The translations under genes were made by a program, and so were the position numbers. A stretch of 44,932 nucleotides of DNA, filler included, from Sphacelaria rigidula (lineage: Eukaryota), in NCBI GenBank assembly GCA_964200075.2. It is 2 parts of 2 records of this genome, joined end to end, with 100 filler letters (N's around TTAATTAATTAA, not from the genome) between each part and the next. Parts side by side here need not be neighbours in the genome. Positions count along the whole stretch, not along the records: positions 1 to 22,419 come from CAXNAA020000335.1; 1 more part is not named here. One strand, given 5' to 3'. The notes beneath the pieces are model-generated. The model had not been told where the DNA came from, did no database searches, and saw nothing but the letters and a program-made list of their open reading frames with translations. Numbering within the stretch: the first letter of the stretch is position 1; each line of letters opens with the position of its first letter. Shown piece by piece: positions 1-10,749 of the stretch.

Positions 1-2447
1 AGGTCTCTGACTACTCTAGCGATACGCCTTCCTTACATTGGCGACACCAGAACAGAACTCAGGCAAGACAGGCTTTAGAAGTAAAAAACTAGAACGAGAA
101 CCGACTGCTCCCCAACATCGGAAGCACTAGGGTCCTCCAAGGAACGCTAATCCAGGTGAAACGTATGGGTTGTTATGTGTATATTATGTTCGAGTCGAGA
201 GATTATTAGAGTCATGCGTTTAGGTCAACGCAAGATTAGCCCCCTCAGTGTGCATTTATATGTCACCAGCGTGACTAATCAAATAGCGGAGCGCGAAGTT
301 TGACTCCTCAAGGTGCAGTATATGTCACCTGTAAGGTTAGTCAAACAGCGAAAACGCGAAATTAGTTTCATCAGAGTGAATAGGATGTCACCAAGATGGT
401 TAACAAAACAGCGAAGCCACACGTGTCAACCAACCTCGAACCAACTCAGTGCTAGAGGCACGGCAATTAATCAAGCAGGCCGACCTCTGGATACGCGGAG
501 ACTCGAAATAGCACTAACAAAAACCTTTACCCAACCTGCGAATACACGACCTTGTCGTTCCCTACCATTTAGCGAACGAGAGAAAGGGAGGCGTATTGGA
601 TGGTCTTACCGCACCCCAGCCCGCAAGCTGAGAGGAGTTGTAAACTGCAGACAAATCAATATCCCACACCTCAGTACGCATGAAATGGAGGAAAGTGTCA
701 ACCGTCTGGTGAAAAACAAATCGGAGAGAAGCGGGTGTCCTAGGCAGTACAATAACTCCTCCAGAAGGGCACCAAAACAGCCCTCAGTGGTGGTGTGAAA
801 ATACATACTAGGAGTAGAAGCTGAAAAGAGCACGATGGGAGTGGACTCCTAAGCAGCTGTCAGAGCAGCCATGGAAAAATTGATACGCCACACAAAGGGC
901 TATCATCGCCGAAATTGAAGCTCAACTTGTTGAGGCTCTCAAGTATGTTACACCCTCCGCCGTACCCCAATGAATCGGTAACGTTACATTCGGCGTGGAC
1001 AAATTTCCAACCGGCAGCCAGAAAAACAGCGATGTTATAAGCAGGGGCTGTTGACACCAAATCGAAACACCAGTCTCCCCTTTGCAACCCGATCTTGGAC
1101 GATCACTGTTATGACTCATAACAACGCATCATCACCCGCCAGGTATATAGACGCGCCCATAGCGCTATCCTGTGCATCAGCCCGCGTTAGAGTCGCAGCC
1201 AGGGGAAACGGTACCCTCGCTGAAAAAAAAATCACAATCGATCCCGCAGCAAAAGTACCGTGTATCGGCAAAAGTTCATAGATGAACATCAGGCCATCAT
1301 GGCAGCTGATATGAAGCAAGTACCGCCAGGACCCACCGATCTCAGAAACGCGGAATAAAAACCCGAGGTTTCCGGCATAGAGTGGCAGCATGAGTTGAAA
1401 CAGAAAATACCCCGTGAACAACAACAACTACTGTCGTGCAGCCACGCATATGAACCGAGGAGGACACTTGATCGCCAGATGTACATCAAGTATCCACGCG
1501 CATCAGCCTTCCAAGGACAACAAACACGTAGTAGGCGACGGAGAAAAAACAGAAATAGTACAAATTACCAACCTGTTGTGCCCACATGGAAACCCCAGAA
1601 AAACTTCATGATAATGATGAGAGACAAAAAGCCGGAGGAACTTCATGTTATTCCGGACACCCGCACGACTGTTTACGCTACTGCAACTATGTGGTAACGT
1701 GCCAAAATACCATGTGCTGCAAATAACTGAGCCGCAGATCACCGTAAAATACCAACTAAGAAAATAGACTGTTTGAAGCCAGTTCAAAGCGACCGAGAGC
1801 TGTCAGTCAACCGACCAGAATGTGCCGATGGGACACGTTACGGGAGGATGGCTATACGAAAGAGCGGCGGCAAACTCGGTCGAATGAAAAACAGCTTCGA
1901 TGTCAAAAGCTGGAGTGCTAAATATGTACTGTCCGTAGTGGACCACCTAAAAAAACAACTCTTTTTGACAGAGTCTTTACTACATTTGACATACCGGGAA
2001 AGCTGCGTTTCAATTAAAGAGCCAAGCAGCAACACCCGAAGAAATTTCCAAGGAAACACGGGAAAACCTACAGTCTGGATTTGAAATTGTGAGACAAGCC
2101 CTATGAGAAAGAGCGAACGAGCAAGAAACAAACAAATTCAAATGTTCCCCGGTGTTCAAACCCGACCAAAAGGTACTCATGTACCCACCGTAACAGGATT
2201 CAGGAAGGCCGAGCCCGAAACTCCAATTTACCATGAAGAGGACCTTTCATGATAACCGAGAGACGATCGCCGGTTGTGTACATAATCAAAATAGGCGACG
2301 ACTCTAAACAAATGTCACTACAACCCGCTCACGTGAAGAAATATCACCCGCAGGAAACACCACCACCATCAAGTATCGATAAATCGAGCGCGTTGTTCCT
2401 AGACAAACAGATACCTCTACCAGAGAGACCAACCACACGAAACGTTT

Positions 2448-2612
2448 CCTACAATAGAACGTTACGCTGCCAAAAAAGTGGTAGGTCACGCGCCAGGCCC
2501 AGGTCGGAGAAGTCGTTACAACGATCAATATCTGTTGAGACTCCAGAGCTACAGCCCAGCGGCTGACCTGGCCTACCGTAGAATTGCTCAGCACCGGACT
2601 TTGACAAAGGGT
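2448..2612 (+). pseudogene. Chromodomain-like C-terminal extension of a Gypsy integrase (remnant)
   Basis: Manual translation gives PTIERYAAKKVVGHAPGPGRRSRYNDQYLLRLQSYSPAADLAYR, which fits the Y-x-V-x-x-I/V...YLxxxxGY-x-P-x-x-D chromodomain pattern. A homologous peptide occurs in the second Gypsy (~18560-18690, minus). Confidence 0.65.
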
Positions 2613-3000
2613 TAGCTGAATGCTCACATCCCGACTCGGAATCCAAAGCTGCAGGGAAACGGAAACGGATGTGACTGTTTAAAAGACCGTTTTAGCGTCC
2701 TAGCAAAACGCTTAAGGGTTGAGCAGTAGCCTGAAGTCAAAATTCGGAGATTAATGAGACTAAAAAAATACAGACCAGCAGCTGACCTAACCTATCGAGC
2801 TGGCGAAACATCACAAAGTAAACACATCCTCGATATATATACCGTCATGACATCGGGTTAGCAAAGCGCTCACATCCGGAGTCGAAATCCGAAAATACCG
2901 GGTAGCGGAAACGGATGTGATTGTTCAACAGACTGTTCCAGCGTCCTAGCAAAATGCTCAACGGTTGAGCAGTAGCCCGGGGTCACAATTCGGAGATCAA
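2561..3000 (+). repeat. Diverged ~200-220 bp direct duplication at the start of the Gypsy 3' region
   Basis: 2561-2754 resembles 2781-3000 (shared gctgacct..., gctcacatcc...cggaaacggatgtga, agcgtcctagcaaaa, ggttgagcagtagcc, aattcggagat). Confidence 0.85.
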
Positions 3001-3129
3001 GGAGGAGAACCACAAGAGAAGAAAACAAAGACGACGTTAGAACAATGCAGACATGAACGGGAAAATATTCGACATGTCAACGGTGACTGGAGTGCAACTT
3101 CCCAAGGAAGATAACCTCTCAGCAATCGG

Positions 3130-3960
3130 AGTAGTACTGATCATTTTGACGATGGTTAGACAAGAAAGCACAATGCTCACACGCCGAAAACATCGTGTGC
3201 GCCGCTTTGTTACTAACACGAGGACGTTGTACTTACTATTCAGGTGTCAGTGGAACTAAAGGTATCCCAGAACCGGGACATGAAAAATCCAGGCGCCCGT
3301 GGACCGATCAGTGTCCCAGTGCCCAGGTATGTAGGAACAACAGATGCATCCAGCACCAAAGTGCGACGCGTCTTGTGGATTATCACATGGGGCACACGTA
3401 TATGCCACAAAATGATACGAAGCAAATAACATGTCGATGTTTCACCAAAGAGCACAATGCTCGCAAGATAAACATCAGATCCACCGCTTTGGAACCAACG
3501 TGAGGACTTTGTCCTATACTCCGGTGTCAGTGGAACCAGAGGTATCCCAGAACCCGGGCAGAAATACCACAAGCGCCCGTGGACCAGTCGGTGTTCCAGT
3601 GCCTAGTCAGGTATACCTAACTGATGCAGCCGGCACCAAAGTGAAAAAAGCGTCCCACAAGAAATGTATCACTCATGGTGCATCTATTTGACAATACAAG
3701 AAGCAAAGGTCATTTTGACTGGGTTTAGACAAAAGAGCACAATGCTCACAGGTGAAAGGAAAATACATATATGTATCTGCAACACGGCCTTGTTACTACC
3801 CCGAAACTTAACCCTACTCAGGTGTCCGCGGAACCGAAGGCATCCCAGAACCCGGGCAGGAATAACCCAGGCGCCCGTGGACCGATCCGTGTCCCAGTGT
3901 CCCGTCATGCATACCAGCAGATGCAACTAGAAGCCAAGTGCAAATATATCTGATGGAAAC
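3130..3960 (+). repeat. Three diverged ~285-bp tandem units in the Gypsy 3' UTR
   Basis: The motif gcacaatgctc recurs at 3168, 3452 and 3737. Each unit has ggtgtc..ggaac..atcccagaacc..gcgcccgtggacc. Confidence 0.9.
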
Positions 3961-4230
3961 ATGTCACATATGACAGCTACATGACAGAAACAAATTAGAG
4001 GGTTTGGAATACATACACTCTTACTGACTAAATGTAGCTAAAATTTACTGGAGGTTTGCTCAATACCACAGTATAGAGAAGGGCTATCTTTGCGATTAGT
4101 GGTGGCGTGACTCAATCAATGATTGTCACTCAGAGAAACCTCCATGATTATATCATCAGCGAAGCTGATGATCGCCTCGTCCCACCAGCCATAGCCTCGA
4201 TGGGCTAGAGGCGCATAAAGGGGGGGGATA

Positions 4231-4574
4231 TGTGGGAGATATCTCTTTGCCGTGACATATCAAAGACTGATGTCACACATGTATACAGACCAAGCGCAGG
4301 CAGGGACAAGAAAGGAACGTTCCGGGAGGACCAGATCACCGAGGATCCTGTAATGCCGACGTAACTAGACAACTCAGGGTGATGCCAGGAAGAGCCGAAT
4401 ATAGGACGGTCCAACATCCCCCGAGGCCCTGGTCGCCTCTGGCGACCACTTCTCGTCTGACCCCGTTCTTGCCTACATATACAAGAAGAAATCATCGCCA
4501 GCCTCGGAGTTCCTTCAGGACGGCAGTCTCCCCCCGTAGGTCTCTGACTACTCTAGCGATACGCCTTCCTTACA
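4231..4574 (+). repeat. 3' LTR (344 bp, TG...CA)
   Basis: Starts with TG just after the PPT; its last 37 bp match window positions 1-37 exactly. Confidence 0.9.
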
Positions 4575-4699
4575 CACACATATGTATATATTGGCTTGTT
4601 GTCTCTCATGCCATCACATTGCTAGGTCAATATGTATTGAACACGCGACTCGTCGACATGTGGGGCGGGTAACATGTATTATATATTGTGTTGTCCCGG

Positions 4700-6050
4700 G
4701 TGCCCTTTACATGATAGAACGTTGACATGAACATACTATGATACGCAGTTTTGTGGATGGCCTCCATAGGAGTGGATTCGACTGTGAATGTACCGAAGTG
4801 TTGGTTCACACCAAATTGATCAGCCGTCAAGAGCAGGCAGAACAGTCGTGGCTGAAAACTTGCTCACCGCAAAGGTGATCCGACTGCTGAAGTGCTCAAC
4901 GCCGCTAGCTGGCAGCGACGGCGCCGATGCATCCCCTCCTTCTACGATCACGCCTCCATCAGAACTGGGAATGTAAAATATATATTTTCATGGGAAAAAA
5001 ATCAACCATGATTTCTTGAAACAGAATGTACATCGGTCAAAGGTATTGGTGTTGCGAGATACCGCCTATGCGGCGGGTAAATAGTGCAACATATACACAG
5101 ATTTCTGGAGATAAAATCGGTGCTTCAATGCGCTCCGTGGTTACTCGGAGGCGCGTCGACGATGAAGGGAACACGCCACATGCTATTCCATTCGCCAAAG
5201 ATTCTCTCTGCGCTCGCCGATTTGTGTTGAGCCTGCTGAAGATTCTTCTTGCACGTACATTTCCCGTGTATCTGCGCACCTCTCATCAGCGCCATCGCGA
5301 GATGTAGCCCACTCCGCACCCACCAGGACAGACCCGCAAACTCGTCTCTCCGCCATCGAACCGCTGCGTTCAGACAGTGTCGCAAAGATACTTTAGGAGC
5401 ATTGCTAGAAATTAATGCTGGGGAGGGAGGGATGGATTCCCCTCGACACCAGAGACTCGCCCCGTGGAACGGGAGGGGGGGGTTTAGAGTATGACAAGAG
5501 AAGAAGAAATGCTCATCTCTCATCGACAGAGAGCAAAAACGTATTGTGCAACAACATTTTGTGCGTTCGACTGTGCTACAGCAATCAGTCGGGGCAAGTT
5601 TTGATCCATTGGTCGTCAGCAACGTACATGATCACGGTGCAGTGTTAATTGCGTTCCTTGGTATATCAGAAGTGGTGATTTTGTCGAAAAATAGGTGCCC
5701 TTGCTCAGCGACATCGATTGCAAATCTGACCCTCGACCTCCGTCTGTGTTCCAGATGCATCGTTGGACTCAGCACTGAAATATGAAACGACCAACATAAC
5801 ACGTATGCAGCGACTTGGACTAAGAATCTACGGCGTTAAGCCGTACTCCGTTCTGTTGGAAGTCGAAAACTGCCATGACTGCGAACTTGTTTTGTCCGTT
5901 CCTGCCAGCTACGGTCATTACCCGCGAAGGCTGCAAAACCTTGTGACATTTCCCTTACACTTTGTCCGTAAAATGATTTTCGTTTTTCTGTCGATCCTGC
6001 CTGTTCCCACGATGTCTTGCTTTTGTGAGAACAAGGGTGCAGTTTCTGTC
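4700..6050 (-). pseudogene. Decayed TPR-SET-MYND (SMYD-like) lysine methyltransferase relic
   Basis: Frameshifted minus-strand peptides occur in the expected order. TPR-like: RQKNENHFTDK (~5960-5995) and LSPTMHLEHRRRSRVRFAID (~5714-5775). SET N-terminal-like: PFHGASLWCRGE (~5436-5475). MYND-like: HCL..VCPGGCGVGYISR..HGKCTC (~5250-5380). SET core-like: VSKF/SHDCS, cf. SxFNHSCxPN (~4835-4870). Confidence 0.42.
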
Positions 6051-6524
6051 TGCGTTTTGTGCATCCACCATTCACGACCCCTCCGTACCAGCCGCTACTG
6101 CCTGCCACTGAGGCAAACCAGCACCTTTTTGCCATTGGCTTAGTCGCCGAGAACTGCGACCACTGCGTTCGAGCGGCGAAGGCGTGAGTCGTGTTGGGGC
6201 GACCTCCCGCATCCGAGAACCTCGTGTCTTGACCTCCCGGTATCGGTACCCACACCGAAGCCACTTCCTGCGTTGGTTTTTTCGCACAGGCATGCCACTT
6301 GCCCCTTGGAGGTATCACGTAGTGTGTACTTTTTAACAAAGCAAGTATGAGCGATTTTTACCATGATGTGACACGATCTTTGTTTTATTTTCGTCACGAA
6401 ACATGACCGTGCAAACGGCAGACAAAGAACTTGGAGGTAACTCGATGAGAGATTTGTGCATCATGATGTGTGGTACTGTAGCTTCGGTTTCCGGTGGTGG
6501 ATGTGGTTAATGCATCCGGGGCAA

Positions 6525-6974
6525 GAACAGCCGTTCATCAAAATTGAGGATGGAGTTGTTCACTGAGGAAAATAACCCGGAAAATTGAAATATTGGTATC
6601 CACACTAATTCTTAGAAACATGGTTGCATTACTCCACGTACTCGTAGCTATTGACAACTACTACACGCCATACAAATTTGGATCCCGATAGTCGAAATGT
6701 AGGGGTCCTTGCTGGGTCAAAAAATAACTGTGGGAAATTTAGCCGATCAGACCGGATCTCCTAAATTCTCGAGAATTGCGTTTTCACCAAGAACCCCAAA
6801 CTTTCGTTATCAGGATCCAAATTTGTACGACGCATGGTAGTTGTCGACAGCTACCAGTAGGTGAAGGAATCCACCCACATCTCGAACAGTTAGTGTGAAT
6901 ACGAAGATTTTTAGTTCCCCGGGTTTTCATCCTTAATGGAATTTTCCATCCTCAATTTGGATGGTCGACTGTTC
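6525..6974. mobile_element. Foldback/MITE element, almost entirely an imperfect inverted repeat (~450 bp)
   Basis: Left end gaacagccgttcatcaaaattgaggatgga; reverse complement of the right end gaacagtcgaccatccaaattgaggatgga. Internal pairing tacaaatttggatcc / ggatccaaatttgta. No clear TSD. Confidence 0.8.
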
Positions 6975-7880
6975 AAAGAACGATACCCTCGCGAATGCTG
7001 TATCCTTCGGAGATATGGTGGAAAAATGTTTTATCTTACAGCCCTGAGAGAAACCCTCCACCTACTCAGGGGAGATACCTGATTGCAATCCCGGATGAGG
7101 TACTGTACACACACTGTGTGAGATCAAGCTCCGCAATGATCGACAAAAACGTAATGCGATAGACCTGGAAGTTGACGAGAAACGCAATGTGCAGTAGATT
7201 GCCGGTATAGAAGTTGCGTGGCACAACACCCTGTAAGTCGCAACGGTCGTCCACACGGCATGACTTGATCCTACATGTTGAATCGATGTGATAGTTCGGA
7301 TAACTTAACGTCACAAAATACTACCTGACGAAAAAGTACCGCACCCGTTTGTTCAGAGCTGTTTTTAACAAGCACGACGGAATTGCGAGCGAAGTCGTGT
7401 GTCACCTGGTCAGGCCACCAAAGCACCCCGCTGCAGCTGAGGATGGAGATTCTTACGCTGTGGGGACGGCGCACTAGTCTGAGTCTGACCAATTGGTTAA
7501 AAGAGCATGCAAAGTCCGGCCACTCCAGCGGAGTGGCTCCTGATGTTGAAACCTGGAGAAAGCAGCACCGTATACAGTAGACAGACGAATCGCAGAGCAA
7601 CGTACTTCCTCTTTTTCTCTCTCGATGCGGGCGGCTTTTGTCTTGTAGGTGATAACCTCAGGGTCTATGACGCTTGCTTCGTGGTTTTTGCACGTTGAAA
7701 TCCCGTGAGCCTGTACCGTCAATACTGTATTGCGTGGTCGGCGCCGTCTTTTCCTGTAGTTTGGGAAAGCGCGGCGCAGGCGAAATTCGCCACCCCTTCC
7801 CGTGCTGTGAATCCTGGCACCTGCTTTCATGATGTTGTTCAGCCCTAGGTCACTTCATATAAGTAAAACAATAATCTCGT

Positions 7881-8282
7881 CGAAAAGTGCCGTTTTGGCC
7901 CCTCTCCGTCGCTTCACGCCCGAGAAGAGGGCTACTACAGGTCGATGTTGCCACCTCGGAATGACTTGCTCTACCCGGTGAGACGACTCCAGGGCACCTT
8001 TGCGTTTTTCCGTGGCCGCAGTTTGCTTTTGCGCTAAACTTGCATTTTCAATAACAAACGGTCAAGTTAAAAAAAATGGCCCCATTTTCTAACATATGAT
8101 TTGACCGTTTGTTGTTGAAAATGCAAAGTTTCGCAGAATAACTGCGATCAACGGAAAAAGCGAAGGTACCCTGGAGCGGTCTCGCCGGGTAGAGCAAGTC
8201 ATTCCGAGGTGTCAACACCCGCCTGCAGTAGCCCTCTTTTCTGGCGTGAAACGACGGAGAAGGGCCAGAAAGGCAGTTTTCG
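7881..8282. repeat. Long inverted repeat (arms ~185 bp, loop ~35 bp), MITE/foldback-like
   Basis: cctcggaatgacttgctctacccgg pairs with ccgggtagagcaagtcattccgagg; tgcattttcaataacaaacggtcaa pairs with ttgaccgtttgttgttgaaaatgca. Confidence 0.85.
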
Positions 8283-9029
8283 AAAAGTCTTTTTTGACAC
8301 ATGAGAAATGGTCTTGGTGTGAAAAAAAACGGAAATAATTGGACTGTTCTCCACACTTATCCCAGACCGTCGTGTGGTGCGAACAAATTGTATGCTTCCA
8401 TCTCCGACACACAATGTCAGGCGACGGAATACCCTTACGCCCCGCTGGAATGACAACTATTTTTTTCAAACGTTTAGTCTCCAGGCGTCACTGTACATCA
8501 CGGGGTATGTTTCGCGCTGTTTTTGCTTCTCCCGGTTATCTGCGATGAACCTTTCCAATATGTAAGGCATAGTATACATTTCACTTTGGTAAGCCATCGT
8601 GCATATCTTGTCCACAACAGATTGAATCTTGCACCTCAAACGGTGTCATCCGATTCCCTCCTTTCCCCCGCCGCAATGGGTCCTAGAGATGGCAAAGACC
8701 TCACCCTAGAGCCGTTGACAAACACTGACACACGGAATCGCAGCGCCGCCGCCCTTTCTCGCCTGGCCCGTTCCAGTCTTCCGCAACCCGAATCGGAGGT
8801 GACGGCGCCGTCGTTGCTGACGCGTAGTACGAATCGTCTGCCCCGGCTGATGTTGCCCACGCCGTCATCGACGCCGGTGGCCGCGAAGGAGGCGAGCGAC
8901 TGGTGGGTATATGAGGCACCGGAGTTGAAAATATACTTCGGATCCGACATTGCTTCATACGATACCGCAGTAAGAACTGGCTCGGCAAAGTTGGTATTGT
9001 AACGATGTGTGCATATGAGGTGTCACGCG

Positions 9030-9700
9030 AGCGGTGTCATGATGAGTGTGAGTATTCCACATGACACAAACCCAACCTCGACAAGGAGTGCACCCGTCCC
9101 TGCTGTAGCATGCGTTTCCGGTTCGAGTCGCGGCAAGCTACCTTCTGGGATGACATAATGCACCGCTTAATGCAAAATAAATAGATCATCAAGAAACTAT
9201 AATGACACCGACTGATATGTGGGCGTTTTCCTCACCGATCTGCAATCTTTTATCACAGCAGCGACCTTTTCCCGCTCCTGCCTTCGCCGCCGGTGTTGTG
9301 CTGCAATCTTATGCCCTCCCCCGTGGTGAACGGGCGATGTTACGAATGGGACGTGGGGGAGAGACGCGCACCACTCGGAGTGAATTTACGCGATGATGCG
9401 AAGATGTTAAACACGAAGCAAGACGGAAGTTTAAGTACTCAACATGCTTGGTCACCCATTCATGGCGCAAGCTGCGCCCGGGTCCTGTTCAAATACTACA
9501 CACTAGCGACACGCCAAGATACGGTTTCACAAGGTGTTCAGGTAGCGCGGGTGGAGAGTACAACGTGAGATGCGTAGGCCATTAGAATATGAAGTAGTGG
9601 TTGGCTGGCCCAGCTGCTTTGTACATCGCCTTTTCAATTGTCTCGATGTTCATGAGGCGGAGGTTGGACGTTTAACTCAGTAATGCCAAATGTTTAACGA
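9030..9700 (-). pseudogene. Ulp1/C48 SUMO-protease-like domain remnant
   Basis: Frameshifted minus-strand motifs in order: LMNIETIEKAM (cf. WLNDEVI, ~9625-9656), AHISVGVIIV..SIYF (cf. HWxLxVI..IxYYDS, ~9174-9224) and EVGFVSCGILTL (cf. QxNGxDCGVF, ~9043-9080). Confidence 0.45.
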
Positions 9701-10749
9701 AGGTATGGTGTGTGGTCTATGCCGGTATGACATATCAGTGGTTTCCAGAGTTCCCCATCCGTCGCAAACTTCCATTTCCAACAGCCAAATTCCACCAACA
9801 AGCGATCGTCCGGAGACTCGAGCTTCCCATCCCTTGTTCCACAAGCGGACATTGGATCTTTGCACCAGTAGTGAGCTCTCTACCTTCGCCTTCTTGGACC
9901 CTGGCGATGGACCGAGGCCGTCCGTTTGTCCGGCAGTAGGTCGTGATTTCAACGCAGTTGCATGCTCAGCATTCAGCCATGTCGACATTTCCTGGAGAGA
10001 GGCGAAACGTTGTGGGGATCCTTAACCTTTCTCATGACCGAAGACCGTTCAGAGAGCTCCAGGATATTGTGTACTCGTTCCACTAGTCGAACCAGACGAC
10101 GCGTTGCACATCCTTCCCCATTCTAGTGCGAAAGAGCGGGCAATACTTGAGGGCAAACGACAGAGCTACCGAGCAAACCCTACTAGCATGTGTCGACTCT
10201 GGACAATATTAAGCACCACGCGGTAACACTTGACATTTATACCGACGTGCCTCCTAGACTTCTTCATCATATTGCAGATCGAAGTATCTACTTCTTTGAA
10301 CTACGCTGCTCCACTGCTCGGCGACGAAAAGATCTCCCTGCCTCTTCTCGGGTAGTGCTCTAGGTCGTGAGGTCCAGCGCAGTAGGGATAACTGAATCCG
10401 TCGTCACGGAATACATGTTTCTACGAGATAAAGCGAAGCCTAGGAGGTGTTCCCCTCCTATCCCGCACGCCCCCAACTACGTATTTTGCAGCGTTCTGCC
10501 TCATGTGTTCACCTCCAGCTGGTCTAGCTGCTCATCAAAGTGGATCCCGGGGATCTCTCCCTTGATCTTTGGGGCCATTGAATCTCCTGCACCGTCTATC
10601 GTTGTACTGTCGCGTCCGTTGCGTCCATCGTCGATGTCTGTTTCGGTGTGTTCCAGCTCCCGCGCTACGAGAATAGTCGGAGTCGATGCAAAGCCCCTGT
10701 CGTTGCCGTTGGAGTTAGAGTTAGGTGTTAGAACGGTACTGCTGACACT

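Larger units (their letters stand above)
1..4574 (+). mobile_element. Degenerate, internally deleted Ty3/Gypsy (chromovirus-like) LTR retrotransposon; 5' LTR cut by the window edge
   Basis: Bases 1-37 are identical to 4538-4574 and end in CA. A PBS-like TGGCGACACCAG follows at 39-50. A polypurine tract AAAGGGGGGGG ending at 4227 sits just before TG at 4231. Inside: a zinc-knuckle-like remnant (~1430-1490), an integrase C-terminal remnant (PKLQF...SPVVYII, ~2200-2350) and a chromodomain-like peptide (2448-2612). No RT or RNase H motifs were recognised. Confidence 0.88.
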
